Shown piece by piece: positions 24,162-35,144 of a stretch of 64,000 bases of DNA; within the stretch, counting starts at the first letter, position 1; each line of letters opens with the position of its first letter. The stretch spans positions 4,832,001-4,896,000 of the forward strand of contig CAWAIF010000003.1 in assembly GCA_963782055.1 (NCBI GenBank), given 5' to 3'. The position numbers and the translations under genes are program-made. The notes beneath the pieces are model-generated. The model made no database searches. It had not been told where the DNA came from and saw only the letters and a list, made by a program, of their open reading frames with translations. The stretch is from an uncultured delta proteobacterium. GTDB lineage: Bacteria; Myxococcota_A; Polyangia; Polyangiales; Polyangiaceae.

Positions 24162-25682
24162 TCAGCGACGGGTGGGGCGCGCGCGCTTGCGGCGAAGCAG
24201 GGCTAGCGCGAGGACACCGGCGCCGGCGCCGAGGCCCAGGCCGCCGCCGCGAGAGTCGCCCGCCGCGTCGCAGGCGCACCCGGTGTCCTGGGGCTGGTCG
24301 AAGAGGGGGCCGCCCTCCGGCACCGGGGTGCTCCCGTGCAGGGGCCGCAGCACGCAGCGGTGGTCGTCGCAGCGGCGGTCCGCCGGGCACTGCGTGTCGT
24401 TGTTGCAGGGCACGCACTGCCCCTCCAGCCCGTCCTTCGTCACGTCGCACACGGCCTCGGTGCACTCGTCGTCCTTGGCGCACGGGCGGCAAGCCTGCGA
24501 GGTCTGATCACACACCGGCCTGGTCGCGTCGGTGCAGTCGGCGCTGGTGAGGCACCCCACACACGTGTTCTTCGTGTCGTCGCAGACCGGCGTGTCGCCG
24601 GCGCACGCCTTGGCGTAGTCCTTGGTGCACGGCACGCACTGCCCCTGGCTCGGGCCGGCCGTCGCGCACGCCGGGTTCGGGCCCTCGCAGGCGTTGCCGC
24701 TGTCGTACGTGTTGCACGGCCTGCACGCCGGCGGCTGCAGCTTTCCATCGCAGATGGGGATCTCGGCGACGCACCCGGCGGCGTAGTTGGACCACACCTT
24801 CTGCACGGTGTAGCCCGCCACCTGCGCGCTGGTGCCCTGGCAGAGGTCCGCCGACTCGTAGGAGGCCCAGGCGGTGTTCGCGGCCGTCACCCACGCGAGC
24901 GGGCGCGCGCTCAGGTTGGTCTTGTTGTACTCGACGAGGCCCACGCCGGTGTCGGTCAGGGCCTCGGCCAGCTCGTGCGAGTGGATGAGAGTGGCCGTGT
25001 TGAAGCCGTAGCCGCAGTCCGGGTGGATGCCGTACGGGACGCTCTTGCCCTTGTAGGTGAAGGTGAAGTGGTACGCGCCGAACTGCTGGCACGACTTGAT
25101 GTCCAGCAGGGTGATGTCGTAGCCCGCGGGGAAGTCGATCATGTAGAGGGAGTCGACGTTGCCGTTCTTGTCCACCTCCGGCGGCGGCAGGTTGGCGGCG
25201 TCGAGCTGCGCGACGAGCTCCGCCTGGATGTCGGCGTCGAGCAGTGACTTGCTCTGGTTCGCCGGCGTGAGCGTGAACGTCCCGACGTAGCTGCCGCGCC
25301 CGATGTGCTGCTCGGTGCCCGGCAGGTTGTCGGCGTAGCCGCTCTGGCCGATGCTGTCGTACTCCGTCAGCCAGTCGATGAAGGGACTCTTCACGATGGC
25401 GGTGTAGAAGCCGGCGAGGTTCTTGAGGTACGTGGCGTCGACCGCGCTCGTCCACGCCACCTCCACGATCTTCACGTTGGAGATGACCGGGCCGCCGTAG
25501 TACTTGAGCTTGTCGTTGGGGGCGATGGGGAACGTCGGCGGTCCGCTGGGGATGGCGCCGTGATCCAGCCGGAAGACGAAGCTGGGCAGCGGGTCCGCGG
25601 CGGCGCGCGGCGCGCCGGCGAGGAGCGCGGCGATCGCGAGCGCTGCGGCGATGCCGGCGCGGGCGTGTGCGTGTCGAGCCAT
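24162..25682 (-). CDS. Secreted protein: N-terminal HExxE-motif domain, Cys-rich repeats, MYXO-CTERM-like anchor
   Basis: Signal peptide; YYGGPVISNV, AYH, SHELAEALTD; CxxC repeats; GCAC...LALALLRRKR. Confidence 0.75.
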   Translation of the reverse strand: MARHAHARAGIAAALAIAALLAGAPRAAADPLPSFVFRLDHGAIPSGPPTFPIAPNDKLKYYGGPVISNVKIVEVAWTSAVDATYLKNLAGFYTAIVKSPFIDWLTEYDSIGQSGYADNLPGTEQHIGRGSYVGTFTLTPANQSKSLLDADIQAELVAQLDAANLPPPEVDKNGNVDSLYMIDFPAGYDITLLDIKSCQQFGAYHFTFTYKGKSVPYGIHPDCGYGFNTATLIHSHELAEALTDTGVGLVEYNKTNLSARPLAWVTAANTAWASYESADLCQGTSAQVAGYTVQKVWSNYAAGCVAEIPICDGKLQPPACRPCNTYDSGNACEGPNPACATAGPSQGQCVPCTKDYAKACAGDTPVCDDTKNTCVGCLTSADCTDATRPVCDQTSQACRPCAKDDECTEAVCDVTKDGLEGQCVPCNNDTQCPADRRCDDHRCVLRPLHGSTPVPEGGPLFDQPQDTGCACDAAGDSRGGGLGLGAGAGVLALALLRRKRARPTRR

Positions 25683-25798
25683 CGGACCTCCTGCCGCGGA
25701 GGATTGTCGCAGCTCGCCTCCGGCCGGACCAGCGCGTCTGTCCGGCGCGGAAAGTTCCATCCGGGCGGCGCCGGTCGATTGGACTATGGTCGCGGCCC

Positions 25799-26893
25799 AT
25801 GGACGGACTCGTCGTCGGCGCCGGCGTGCTGGGCCTCTCCGCCGCGCTGCACCTCGCGCGGCTGGGCGCGCGCGTCACGGTGCTGGAGCGCTTCGCCCTC
25901 GGCCACGCGCGCGGCAGCTCGCACGGCGAGATACGCATCATCCGCAGCGCGTACCCCGAGTCGCTCTGGGTACGGCTCGTGGGCGAGGCGCGCGCGGAGG
26001 ACTGGCCGCGGCTGGAGCGCGATGGTGGCGCGACGCTGATCACGCCCGCCGCCGGCTGCTTCTTCGGCCCGCGCGGCGGCGACATCGACCGCGTCGAGGC
26101 GGCGGTCAGCGCGGCGGGCGCCGACGTGACGACGCTGGGGACGCACGAGGCGATGCGTGTATTTCCCGCGTTTCGTCTCTCCGCCGGAGACCTCGTCCTC
26201 TCCGATCGCACCGCGGGCGTCATCCGCGCGGCGGAGACGATGCGCGCGCTGGCTCGCCTGGCGCGCGCCGCGGGCGTCTCGCTGCGGGAGCACGCGCGCG
26301 TCGTCTCCTTCGAGTCCGCGCCGGCTCGCGTGCGCCTCGAGGACGGCGAGGCGGTGGAAGCCGACGTGATGGTGCTCGCGCCCGGCCCCTTCACCCCCGC
26401 GCTCCTCCCCGACGCGCCCCTCGTCCCCGCGCGCCAGCACGTCGCCTACTACGCGATGGAGGGCGGCGCGGCGCTGCCGGTGTGGGCGAGCTTCGACCAG
26501 GACCAGCACTACGGCCTGCCCGACGTCGGCGCGGGCGCGAAGGTCGCCCTCCATGGCGTGCACCCCGCGTCGCCCGACGACCCGGAGGTGGAGCTCGCGC
26601 CCGACCCTGCGGCGCTCGCCGCCGTGGACGCCTTCGTGCGCCGTCGCTTCACCGCACCGGCGCGCCGCGTCCACGCCGAGACGTGCTTTTACACGATGGC
26701 CCCGGGCGAAGACTTCGTCGCCGACGTGCTTCGTGAAGGCGTCGCCGCCGGCGCCGGCCTCTCTGGGCACGGATTCAAGCTGGCGCCGCTCTTCGGGCGG
26801 ATCCTGGCCGAGCTCGCGGTGAGCGGGCGCTCGACGTCCGCCGCGTTCGAGGGTGCGCGGGCGCGCTTCGCGCTGCGACGCCCGGCGGCGTGA
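25799..26893 (+). CDS. FAD-dependent oxidoreductase, sarcosine/N-methyl amino acid oxidase-like
   Basis: VVGAGVLG, GSSHGEIRIIR, CFYT, SGHGFKLAP. Confidence 0.85.
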   Translation: MDGLVVGAGVLGLSAALHLARLGARVTVLERFALGHARGSSHGEIRIIRSAYPESLWVRLVGEARAEDWPRLERDGGATLITPAAGCFFGPRGGDIDRVEAAVSAAGADVTTLGTHEAMRVFPAFRLSAGDLVLSDRTAGVIRAAETMRALARLARAAGVSLREHARVVSFESAPARVRLEDGEAVEADVMVLAPGPFTPALLPDAPLVPARQHVAYYAMEGGAALPVWASFDQDQHYGLPDVGAGAKVALHGVHPASPDDPEVELAPDPAALAAVDAFVRRRFTAPARRVHAETCFYTMAPGEDFVADVLREGVAAGAGLSGHGFKLAPLFGRILAELAVSGRSTSAAFEGARARFALRRPAA

Positions 26894-26934
26894 CCCCTGG
26901 CGCGTCGGGCGGGGAGTGCGCACTTTCCCCTTCG

Positions 26935-27351
26935 ATGATCCTCACGTGTCCCTCGTGCGGGCAGCAGAACCGTGTCCCCGCCGCCAGGCTCGGTGGCGGG
27001 CCGCGCTGCGGCCGCTGCAAGACGTCGCTCGCCGGCGCGCCTCTCCCCGTCGGCTCAGCCGCAGAGTTCGACGAGCTCGTCGCCGGCTCGCCCCTCCCCG
27101 TGCTCGTCGACTTCTGGGCGGCGTGGTGCGGGCCGTGCCGCATGGTCGCGCCGGAGCTCGAGCGCCTCGCCCGCGAGAAGAGCGGCCGCGTCGTCGTGGC
27201 CAAGGTGGACACCGAGGCCCTGCCCGACGTCGCCGGCCGCTTCGGCATCCGCAGCATCCCGACGATGGTCCTCTTCGCCGACGGCCACGAGTCGCGCCGC
27301 GTCAGCGGCGCGATGCCGGCCCCGCGTATCGCCCAGGAGTTCGGGCTCTAA
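26935..27351 (+). CDS. trxC: Thioredoxin 2 with N-terminal zinc site
   Basis: CPSC..NRV...CGRC zinc motif; WCGPC. Confidence 0.92.
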   Translation: MILTCPSCGQQNRVPAARLGGGPRCGRCKTSLAGAPLPVGSAAEFDELVAGSPLPVLVDFWAAWCGPCRMVAPELERLAREKSGRVVVAKVDTEALPDVAGRFGIRSIPTMVLFADGHESRRVSGAMPAPRIAQEFGL

Positions 27352-27356
27352 GACGA

Positions 27357-27567
27357 TCAGTTACAGCCGCAGCCGCTCTCGGCCATCGAGCCGCCGCCTG
27401 TCGCGCCCTCGTGGACGGCGCGGACGTGCGACGCCGCGGGGCCATCCAGAATCGCTGGTGGCCATCGTCGGCTGGGCGAGGGCGCCGCGCTCGTAGGGGG
27501 CGACGTGCGTGCACGCGCCGAGCGTGCCGAGAAGCAGGGCGAGGACCGCGAGCTTGGTGATGCGCAT
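27357..27567 (-). pseudogene. DUF4266-like small lipoprotein with apparent +1 frameshift near 27450
   Basis: LGACTHVAPYERGALAQPTM in one frame; H..AVHEGATGG...GCGCN-stop in the shifted frame. Confidence 0.8.
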
Positions 27568-27587
27568 GACGTGATCTCCGTGTTCCT

Positions 27588-28190
27588 TCAGTTGTTCGCG
27601 GCGCCGGCCGCGGCCCAGGCGTCCATGTCCTTCTGGGCGGCGCTGTAAGAGCCCGGCCCGCTCGGCGGCATGTTGCCGCCGTACCAGGAGAGGCAAGACT
27701 GGTTGGAGTCGACGAGCGGCGAGTTCGCGCCGCTGATGTAGCCGCGGCCCTGCAGCCAGCTGTAGCTCTTGCTCGCGGAGGAGCACTGGCTATGGCACGA
27801 GTTGCACCGGCCGGTGGTGCCGCTCCCGAGGTACGCCTTGTAGATGGCCGACCAGGTGGGCGACTGCGGAGGAGGCGGCGGCGGGTTGCCGCCGGCGTCC
27901 TTCGTGCTCGGCGGCGGGTTGCCGCCAGCGTCCTTCGTGCTGGGCGGCGGGGGGTTGGTCCCGCTGTCGTCGCCGGTGTTGGTCACCGTGCCGCCATCGT
28001 CCCCGCCGCCGTTCCCGTTCCCGGTGCCGTCGTTGTTGCCCCCGTTGGGACCGGGCACCCCACCGGCGGACCCGCCGTAAGGGCCACCGAACGGATGGTC
28101 GGCTCCGCTGCATCCGGAAGCGCCGACCAGCGCCAGGGCACCAGCGAGGACCAGGGAGAGGTGGTGCGCGGAGATTACGTTTGCCTGCAT
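27588..28190 (-). CDS. Lipoprotein with Gly/Pro linker and single CxxCH (putative c-type heme) domain
   Basis: Lipobox ASGC; repeated PPPSTKDAGGN; CNSCH and distal NMPP. Confidence 0.65.
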   Translation of the reverse strand: MQANVISAHHLSLVLAGALALVGASGCSGADHPFGGPYGGSAGGVPGPNGGNNDGTGNGNGGGDDGGTVTNTGDDSGTNPPPPSTKDAGGNPPPSTKDAGGNPPPPPPQSPTWSAIYKAYLGSGTTGRCNSCHSQCSSASKSYSWLQGRGYISGANSPLVDSNQSCLSWYGGNMPPSGPGSYSAAQKDMDAWAAAGAANN

Positions 28191-28340
28191 GGTAGTTTTC
28201 CGCCCGAGGTGGGTGTCAGGGTGCGGGGCTGTGGCCGATGGCAGACATGCCCGTCGAACGTGCGCCCTTTCTGTACCGTCAGCTCCACGCGACGCGTCAG
28301 GGAAGACCAAAATAAATGCCGTCTGGTAGGCTCTCGTAGC

Positions 28341-29486
28341 ATGTCGACCTACCTCTTCGAGACGGAGGAGCACGCCGCCCTCCGGGCGCAGGCCCGCCGC
28401 TTCGCCGAGCGCGAGATCGCCCCGCACGCCTTCGAGTGGGAGGAGGCGGAGGAGTTCCCTCGCGAGCTGTACGGGCGGGCCGCGGCGGCGGGGCTGCTCG
28501 GGGTCGGCTACCCGGAGACCGCGGGCGGCGCCGGGGGCGATGTCTCCCACGCGCTGGTCGCCAGCGAGGAGATGGTGCTGGCCGGCAAGTCGGTCGGCGT
28601 GGTGGTCGGGGTGGGCAGCCACGGCATCGCGCTACCCCCGATCGTGAGGTTCGGGACGCCGGAGCAGATCGAACGCTTCGCGAAGCCCGTGCTGCGCGGC
28701 GAGAAGATCGCCGCCCTCGCCATCACCGAGCCCGGCGGCGGCTCCGATGTGGCGTCGCTCCGCACGCGCGCGGTGCGCGACGGCGACAGCTACGTCGTCA
28801 ACGGCTCCAAGACCTTCATCACCAGCGGCGTGCGGGCGGATCTCGTCACCACCGCGGTGCGCACGGGCGGGGAGAAGCACGGCGGCCTCTCCCTGCTCGT
28901 CATCGAGCGCGGCACGCCCGGGTTCACCGTCTCGCGAAAGCTGAAGAAGACCGGCTGGTGGGCGAGCGACACCGCCGAGCTCTCCTTCCAGGACTGCCGC
29001 GTGCCCGCCGCCAACCTGGTCGGCGCGGAGAACTCCGGCTTCCTGGCCATCATGGCCAACTTCGTCACCGAGCGGCTGTACCTGGCGGGGCAGTGCGTGG
29101 CGATCGCCGAGCTGGCGCACCGGGAATCCGTGCAGTATGCACGCGACCGCCGCGCCTTCGACAAGCCCATCATGGGATTCCAGGTCATCCGCCACAAGCT
29201 GGCGGACATGGCGACGCGCATCGCCGCGGCGCGGGCGCTCGCGGGCGAGGTCGCCGCGCGCTACGTGCGGGGAGAGCAGTCGCCGCAGCTCGCGGCGATG
29301 GCGAAGAACACCGCGACCGACATGTGCACGTTCGTGGTGGACCAGGCGGTGCAGATCCACGGGGGGTACGGGTACATGCGGGAGATGGTGGTGGAGCGGC
29401 TGTACCGTGACGCCCGGCTGTACCCGATCGGCGGGGGCACGCGGGAGATCATGAACGAGATCATCTCCAAGGCGGAGGGGTACTGA
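28341..29486 (+). CDS. Acyl-CoA dehydrogenase
   Basis: LAITEPGGGSDV, NGSKTFIT, QIHGGYGYM, IGGGTREIM. Confidence 0.95.
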   Translation: MSTYLFETEEHAALRAQARRFAEREIAPHAFEWEEAEEFPRELYGRAAAAGLLGVGYPETAGGAGGDVSHALVASEEMVLAGKSVGVVVGVGSHGIALPPIVRFGTPEQIERFAKPVLRGEKIAALAITEPGGGSDVASLRTRAVRDGDSYVVNGSKTFITSGVRADLVTTAVRTGGEKHGGLSLLVIERGTPGFTVSRKLKKTGWWASDTAELSFQDCRVPAANLVGAENSGFLAIMANFVTERLYLAGQCVAIAELAHRESVQYARDRRAFDKPIMGFQVIRHKLADMATRIAAARALAGEVAARYVRGEQSPQLAAMAKNTATDMCTFVVDQAVQIHGGYGYMREMVVERLYRDARLYPIGGGTREIMNEIISKAEGY

Positions 29487-29491
29487 GCGCC

Positions 29492-30250
29492 ATGGCCCAT
29501 CCCCACGTCGGCACCTTCACCTGGCGCGAGCTGATGACCCCCGACGTCGACAAGAGCCGCCGCTTCTACGGCGAGCTGCTCGGCTGGACGACGAAGACCG
29601 TGCCGATGAGGGAGTCCAGCTACGACCTCGTCGAGAACGGCCCCGCCGGCGACCAGGTGGGCGGGATGATGCCCTTCTCGAAGGAGGGCGTGCCGCCGTG
29701 CTGGATGTCCTACGTGAGCGTGGAGGACGTCGACGCCTCGGCGAAGGTCGTCACGGGTGGTGGCGGCAACATGGTGGTGCCGCCGCAGGACATCCCCGAC
29801 GTCGGGCGGTTCGGCGTGGCGATGGACCCGCAGGGCGCGGGGATGGTCCTCTTCCGCAGCGCGCACCCTGCGCCGCAGCCGGCGAAGGAGCGGCCGAGCA
29901 TCGGGGAGTTCTGCTGGGAGCACCTGAGCACCACCGACACCGCCGCCGCCGCGGCGTTCTACGCCAGGCTCTGCGGCTGGACGAGGCGGCCGATGGACGG
30001 CGACGACGGGGGCCTGGTGTTGCTGAACGGCGGAGAGCCGGTCGCGTCGATGCGCAAGGCGCCGCCCGGCGTGCCGGCCCACTGGATGACCCACGTCGCG
30101 GTGGCGAAGCTGGGCGAAGCGTGCGATCGCGCGAGGCGCCTGGGCGGCAAGGTGCTGCTGGATCCCATGCCCGTGCCCGGGATGGGCTCGGTGGCGATCG
30201 TCCAGGACAACGTCGGCGCCGTCGTCGGCCTCTTCCAGTCCACCGGTTGA
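29492..30250 (+). CDS. VOC/glyoxalase family protein (two domains)
   Basis: FTWRELMT.D....FYGELLGW; WMSYVSVEDVD; duplicated architecture. Confidence 0.9.
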   Translation: MAHPHVGTFTWRELMTPDVDKSRRFYGELLGWTTKTVPMRESSYDLVENGPAGDQVGGMMPFSKEGVPPCWMSYVSVEDVDASAKVVTGGGGNMVVPPQDIPDVGRFGVAMDPQGAGMVLFRSAHPAPQPAKERPSIGEFCWEHLSTTDTAAAAAFYARLCGWTRRPMDGDDGGLVLLNGGEPVASMRKAPPGVPAHWMTHVAVAKLGEACDRARRLGGKVLLDPMPVPGMGSVAIVQDNVGAVVGLFQSTG

Positions 30251-30300
30251 ACGCGAGGCTCGCCGAGACGTCGTGAGAGGACGCCGCTAGGATGCCGGCA

Positions 30301-33300
30301 ATGACCACGCCCGTCGTCCCGCCCAAGGCCCGCGAGCGGCTCGCTCCCCGCCGCGGGCTGCCGGGGTCCTTCGTCGTCCGTACCGAGAAGGACGTGGCGC
30401 GCGAGCTCGCCGCGATGGGCAAGGCCTACGCGAAGGAGAAGTACGGCGACAAGCTCAAGACCGCGCTCTTCGCGAAGGGGTCGACGCTGAAGAAGGACGC
30501 CCCGCTCCACGCCGCCCGCGCGGAGGCCACCGCGTTGATCGCGGCGCTGTCGCTGGACGCGGTGCGCGGCGCGTCGAAGGACGCCCTCGCCGCCGCGCAG
30601 CTGATGCTCCAGTGGGGCGACTGGAAGCTCAAGCAGCGCTCGCTCGTGAGCGCCATCGCGATGACGCGCGGGCTCCCCTTCGCGGTCGACGTTCAGCTGC
30701 GCACGCTCGGCATGGAGGTGACCAGCTCGGTCGGCTACACGACGGCCGTCCACGTCGCCGCCCTGCAGAAGCCACCCACCAACCAGGACCGCGACAGGAC
30801 GCCGGAGTGGGCGCGGCTGCGCGCCGTGGTCTGCGCCGCGGACGAGGAGGCCTACCAGCGAGGCGCGGGCGCACGCCGCCGCGCTGCGCGAGAAGCTCCA
30901 GCCCCTGCCGTCGGCGCACCTGGCGTACGCGTTCCCCGACGAGCCGTGGTCCACCCAGGACCTGCGCGCCGTGCTCGCCGCCGCGGGCACGCCGCCCGAC
31001 TGGCACAAGTGCCACCCGTTCACGCCGCTGCTCGGGGCCTGCACCGACGTGGCGCTCATCCGCGCGTTCCTCCAGTTCCCGACGGGCTTCGGGTACATGC
31101 CGCACGCGACGCTGGCGAGCCAGTTCGCCGTCGACTGGGCGTGCCTGTTCCCCGAGGAGGCGGCGCTGCCGCTCCTGCGCGACGCGCTCCCGGCGGCGCT
31201 GCAGAAGCCGAGCTACGGGCCGCTGCTCAAGACGCCGCCGCGCGAGATCGCCGAGGCGATCGCCTGCTTCCGCACGCCGGAGGCGGCGGCGATCCTCGCG
31301 CCCTACTTCGGCCACGCGGTGCTCGGGCCCATCGTCGCCGCGTACTTCAAGGACGCGCCGGAGCTGCAGGGCGCGCTGCAGCAGCAGGCGAAGGGCAAGT
31401 CGCGCGCGGCGGAGGCGGCGGCGCGCCTGCTCGAGACGGCGAAGGCGAAGCGGCCGCGCGGGCCGACGGCCGCGACGCGGGAGGTGCCCGCGATCCTGCG
31501 CGAGCGTCCGTGGAGGCCGCGCAAGGGCGACAAGCCGGTGGTGCTGCGCCTCGCCATCCCGGCCGGCGCGGAGGAGCGGGTGGAGCTCACCGACGCGGAG
31601 CGCAAGGCGACGTTCGACGCGCGCGGGATCCCCATCCGCGACATGACGGCGAAGGAGCTCGGCGACTGGCGCGAGGCGGTGAAGAAGAACGAGTACGCCC
31701 ACGCTGACTTCGACCCGGACTGGCACCAGGGTGCGCAAATCTACCTGCGCGTCCCGGAGGAGGAGGGCCTGCGCGCCTGGAACGACGCCGGCGCGACGCT
31801 GCTGCGGGACGAGATGGCGTACCTCGCGCGGTACGGCGTCGCCGCCATCCCCGGCTTCCTGAAGCGCGACTGGGTCGGGTGGCTCAACTACACCGAGGTG
31901 GGCGACGACCCGATGGGGATCATGCACCACATCGTCTCGCCGCGGCTCGCGCCCCAGATGGCGCGGGTGATGGCGCGGCGGAAGAAGTTCCGCCGGGAGG
32001 GGCAGGCGTGGCTGCTCCGCCACCCGGCGGTCGCCGCGCAGGGCCTGATCCCCGACGCGTTCGGCCCGCCGGGGCAGGCGCGCGACGACGCCGCGCAGGC
32101 GCTCCTCTTCCTCGCGGCGAAGGGCGCGACGGAGACGCTGCGCGAGGGGGCGCGGGCGTACGGAGCGGCGGCGCGGGCGGCGCTCGACGCGCTCCTCGCG
32201 CGCGATCCGCTGGCGATCGAGGTCAAGCCGCCCAAGCTGCCGGACTTCCTGCGGCCAGACGACCTGCCGCCGGTGCTCACGCGCAGCGGCGCGCGCCTGC
32301 CCGACGACGCGATGGACGCGCTGGTGGAGCTGGCGAGCGTCGCGCCGCTCGACCCTCCGTACGCCGGCGTGACCGCGGCTCGTGATGCGCTCGACGCGAC
32401 GTCCCTCGCCGCCTTCGCCCGCGAGCTGCTCGAGCAGTGGCTGCTGGCCGGCGCGCACGGGCGCTTCGAGTGGATGCTCTTCGCCAGCGCACACTTCCCC
32501 GGCGACGACGCCACGCGCCGCGTCGCCACCCTCGCGCGCGACTGGGCCCGGCGCGACCGCGAGAAGGCGCGCCGGGCGTGCGCGGCGCTCGCCGCCATCG
32601 GCAGCGATCTGGCGCTGCTGCACCTCGGTCACGTGGCCCAGACCTCGCGCTTCGAGGACCTGCGCAAGGACGCGCGCGGCCTGCTCGACGAGGCCGCCGC
32701 GGCGCGGGGCCTCTCACGCGACGCGCTGGAGGACCGCATCGTCCCCGATCTGGACCTGGACACCGGCGGCACGCTGCACCTCTCCTTTGGCCCTCGCGAC
32801 TTCACCGTCGCGCTGGACGAACGGCTGCGCCCACGCGTACGCGACGCGAGCGGCGCGGTGCTCCCGTCCTTGCCGCGAGCGGTCAAGACGGACGACGCGG
32901 CGAAGGCGAAGGCGGCGCGGGCACGCTTCGATCTGCTCAAGCGCGACGCCTCGCACGTGGCCGACCGGCAGCTCCGCCGCCTCGAGGCGGCGATGGTGGC
33001 GGGGCGAGACTGGAGCTGGGAGGACTTCCAGGCGCGCGTCGCCACGCACCCGCTTCTGCTGCCGCTGGTGCGACGCCTGGTGTGGGAAGCGACCACGGCC
33101 AAGGGGACGCGGCTGCTACGCGTCGCGGAGGACGGCACGCTCGCCGGACAGGACGACACGCTCGTCGCGCCACCCGCCGGGGCACGCGTCCGCATCGCCC
33201 ACCCGGCGCGCATGACCGAGCGCGCGCGCGCGGCGTGGGCGCGCATCCTCGGTGACTACGAGCTGCTGCAGCCCTTCGAGCAGCTCGGCCGGGCGGTGCT

Positions 33301-33640
33301 GCTCCCCACGGCCGAGGAGCGCGCGGCGAGACGCGTGGAGCGCACCGCCGGCGTGCGCGCGGCGGCGAAGAAGGTGCTCGGCACGCTGGAGGCGCGCGGC
33401 TGGCGGCGCGACGACCGCGGGCACGTGAGCGCGTACCTGCGCCCGGTCCGGACCGCCGCCTTCGAGGTGTGCCTGCCCATCACCCCGGGCATCCCGATGG
33501 ACGACGTCGGCGACGCCCCCGAGCAGACGATCGGCGCCCTGGAGCTGCGGGGCGCCGGCGCGGAGGACGCCACCTTCGGGTCGCTGGACGTGGTGGACTT
33601 CTCCGAGGCGCTCCGGGACGCCCTCACGCTGGGGGGCTGA
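30301..33640 (+). pseudogene. Large DUF4132-like protein with apparent +1 frameshift near 30859
   Basis: LEDRIVPDLDLD, RRLEAAMV, HPLL..LVRRLVW, IAHP, DYELLQPFEQLGR; coding-like codon pattern switches frame near 30859. Confidence 0.75.
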
Positions 33641-33679
33641 CGCTTCCCTTCCCCCCGAGCCCGAGGCACGATCCGTCGC

Positions 33680-35141
33680 ATGAGACTTCACCCTTTCTTG
33701 ATGGCCGCCGCGGTGGCGTGCGCTTCGTGCTCCTCCGAGGACCCCGGCTCGACCTCCGACGCCGGGGCCGACGCCGCCGACGCGGCCCTCCCGGCTGTCA
33801 CCGGCATCACCGTGTCCACCGGCGATTCTCGTCCCGGCCTTCGACCCGAGCATCTTCGACTACGAGGTGACGTCGCTGACCACCATGGTGCCCGTCGCGG
33901 TGACCGTCACCGGCCAGGACGTCACGGTCGACGGCAGCCAGGCGCACGACGGCGTGCCGATCGACGTGGCGGTCCCCTCGCTGGACGACGCCACCTCCAT
34001 CACGATCCGGGCGGTGGACCCGGCCGGCCAGCCGCTCACCTACCGCGTCCACTCCGTCCCGCAGGCCCGCGCGCGCTACACCGTCGGGACGCTGAGCTCG
34101 CCGGTGAAGGGACAAATCCTCCTCGCGCCCAACCAGCTCGTGGGCGTGAAGGGCGGCCCGTCCTTCGTGTACATCGTGGACGAGACGGGGCGCCTCCTCT
34201 TCTACAAGGAGACCGCGCAGCTCTCCTTCGACTTCCAGCGCTACACGCTCCCCGACGGGACGGTGCGCTACGCATACATCACGCAGGACGGGCCGACCGA
34301 TCCCGACCTCTGGCCCATCGTCCCATCGACGGTCTTCGTGCTCGACGACCACTTCCGGCAGGTGCGCGAGGTGCGGCTCGCCGCCGCCGGCGCGCACGCG
34401 GACTACGGGACCGACGTCCACGAGTTCCGGATGCTCGACGACGACCACTGGCTGCTCGAGGCGTACATGGGCGAGACGGTCACCAACGTCCCCGGCTACT
34501 CCAGCGCCGGCGTGGTCTCGGCGGTGGTCCAGGAGGTGCAGGCGGGCAAGGTCCTCTTCGACTGGGAGACGACGAGCGTCCCCACCCTGTACACGCAGAG
34601 CTCCGACGGGAACGACTTCACCAACGCCAAGACGATGTATGCAGACTACAACCACCTCAACTCGCTGGACATCGACCCGTCCAACGGCAACATCGTGGTC
34701 TCCCTGCGCCACGACGACGAGGTGCTGGAGCTGGACCGCAAGACAGGCGCCGTCCTCTGGACGCTGGGGGGCGAGGGCGACGAGTTCGGCCTGGCGGACG
34801 CCGACAAGAGCTCGCACCAGCACTACGTCCGCTTCCTCGGCCCGGGCGACCTCATGATGTTCGACAACGGCAACGCCGGGAAGCTGACGAAGATCCGCGA
34901 GTACCGGATCGACGAGGCCGCGCACACCGCGAAGGTGCTGACCGCGTTCTCCGTGGACGGCCACTTCAGCGCGGCGATGGGCTCGGTGCAGAAGCTCGAC
35001 GGCCGTTACTTCGTCGGCTGGGGCTACCGCCAGGACACCGAGTCGGACGTCACCGAGATCGACGCCACGACGATGAAGAAGACCTTCGAGCTGAGCTTCC
35101 AGGACGGGTACTGCTCGTACCGCGCGCTCAAGTACCCGTAG
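33680..35141 (+). pseudogene. Arylsulfotransferase-like beta-propeller lipoprotein with apparent +1 frameshift near 33826
   Basis: Lipobox-like CASC; shifted frame gives LVPAFDPSIFDY; D.HEF, DYNHLNSL, SLRH, HQH, MFDNG. Confidence 0.75.
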
Positions 35142-35144
35142 GCG

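Noticed and set aside
33664..33679. AGGCACGATCCGTCGC as a sigma54 promoter
   Set aside because: GG-to-GC spacing is one base too long
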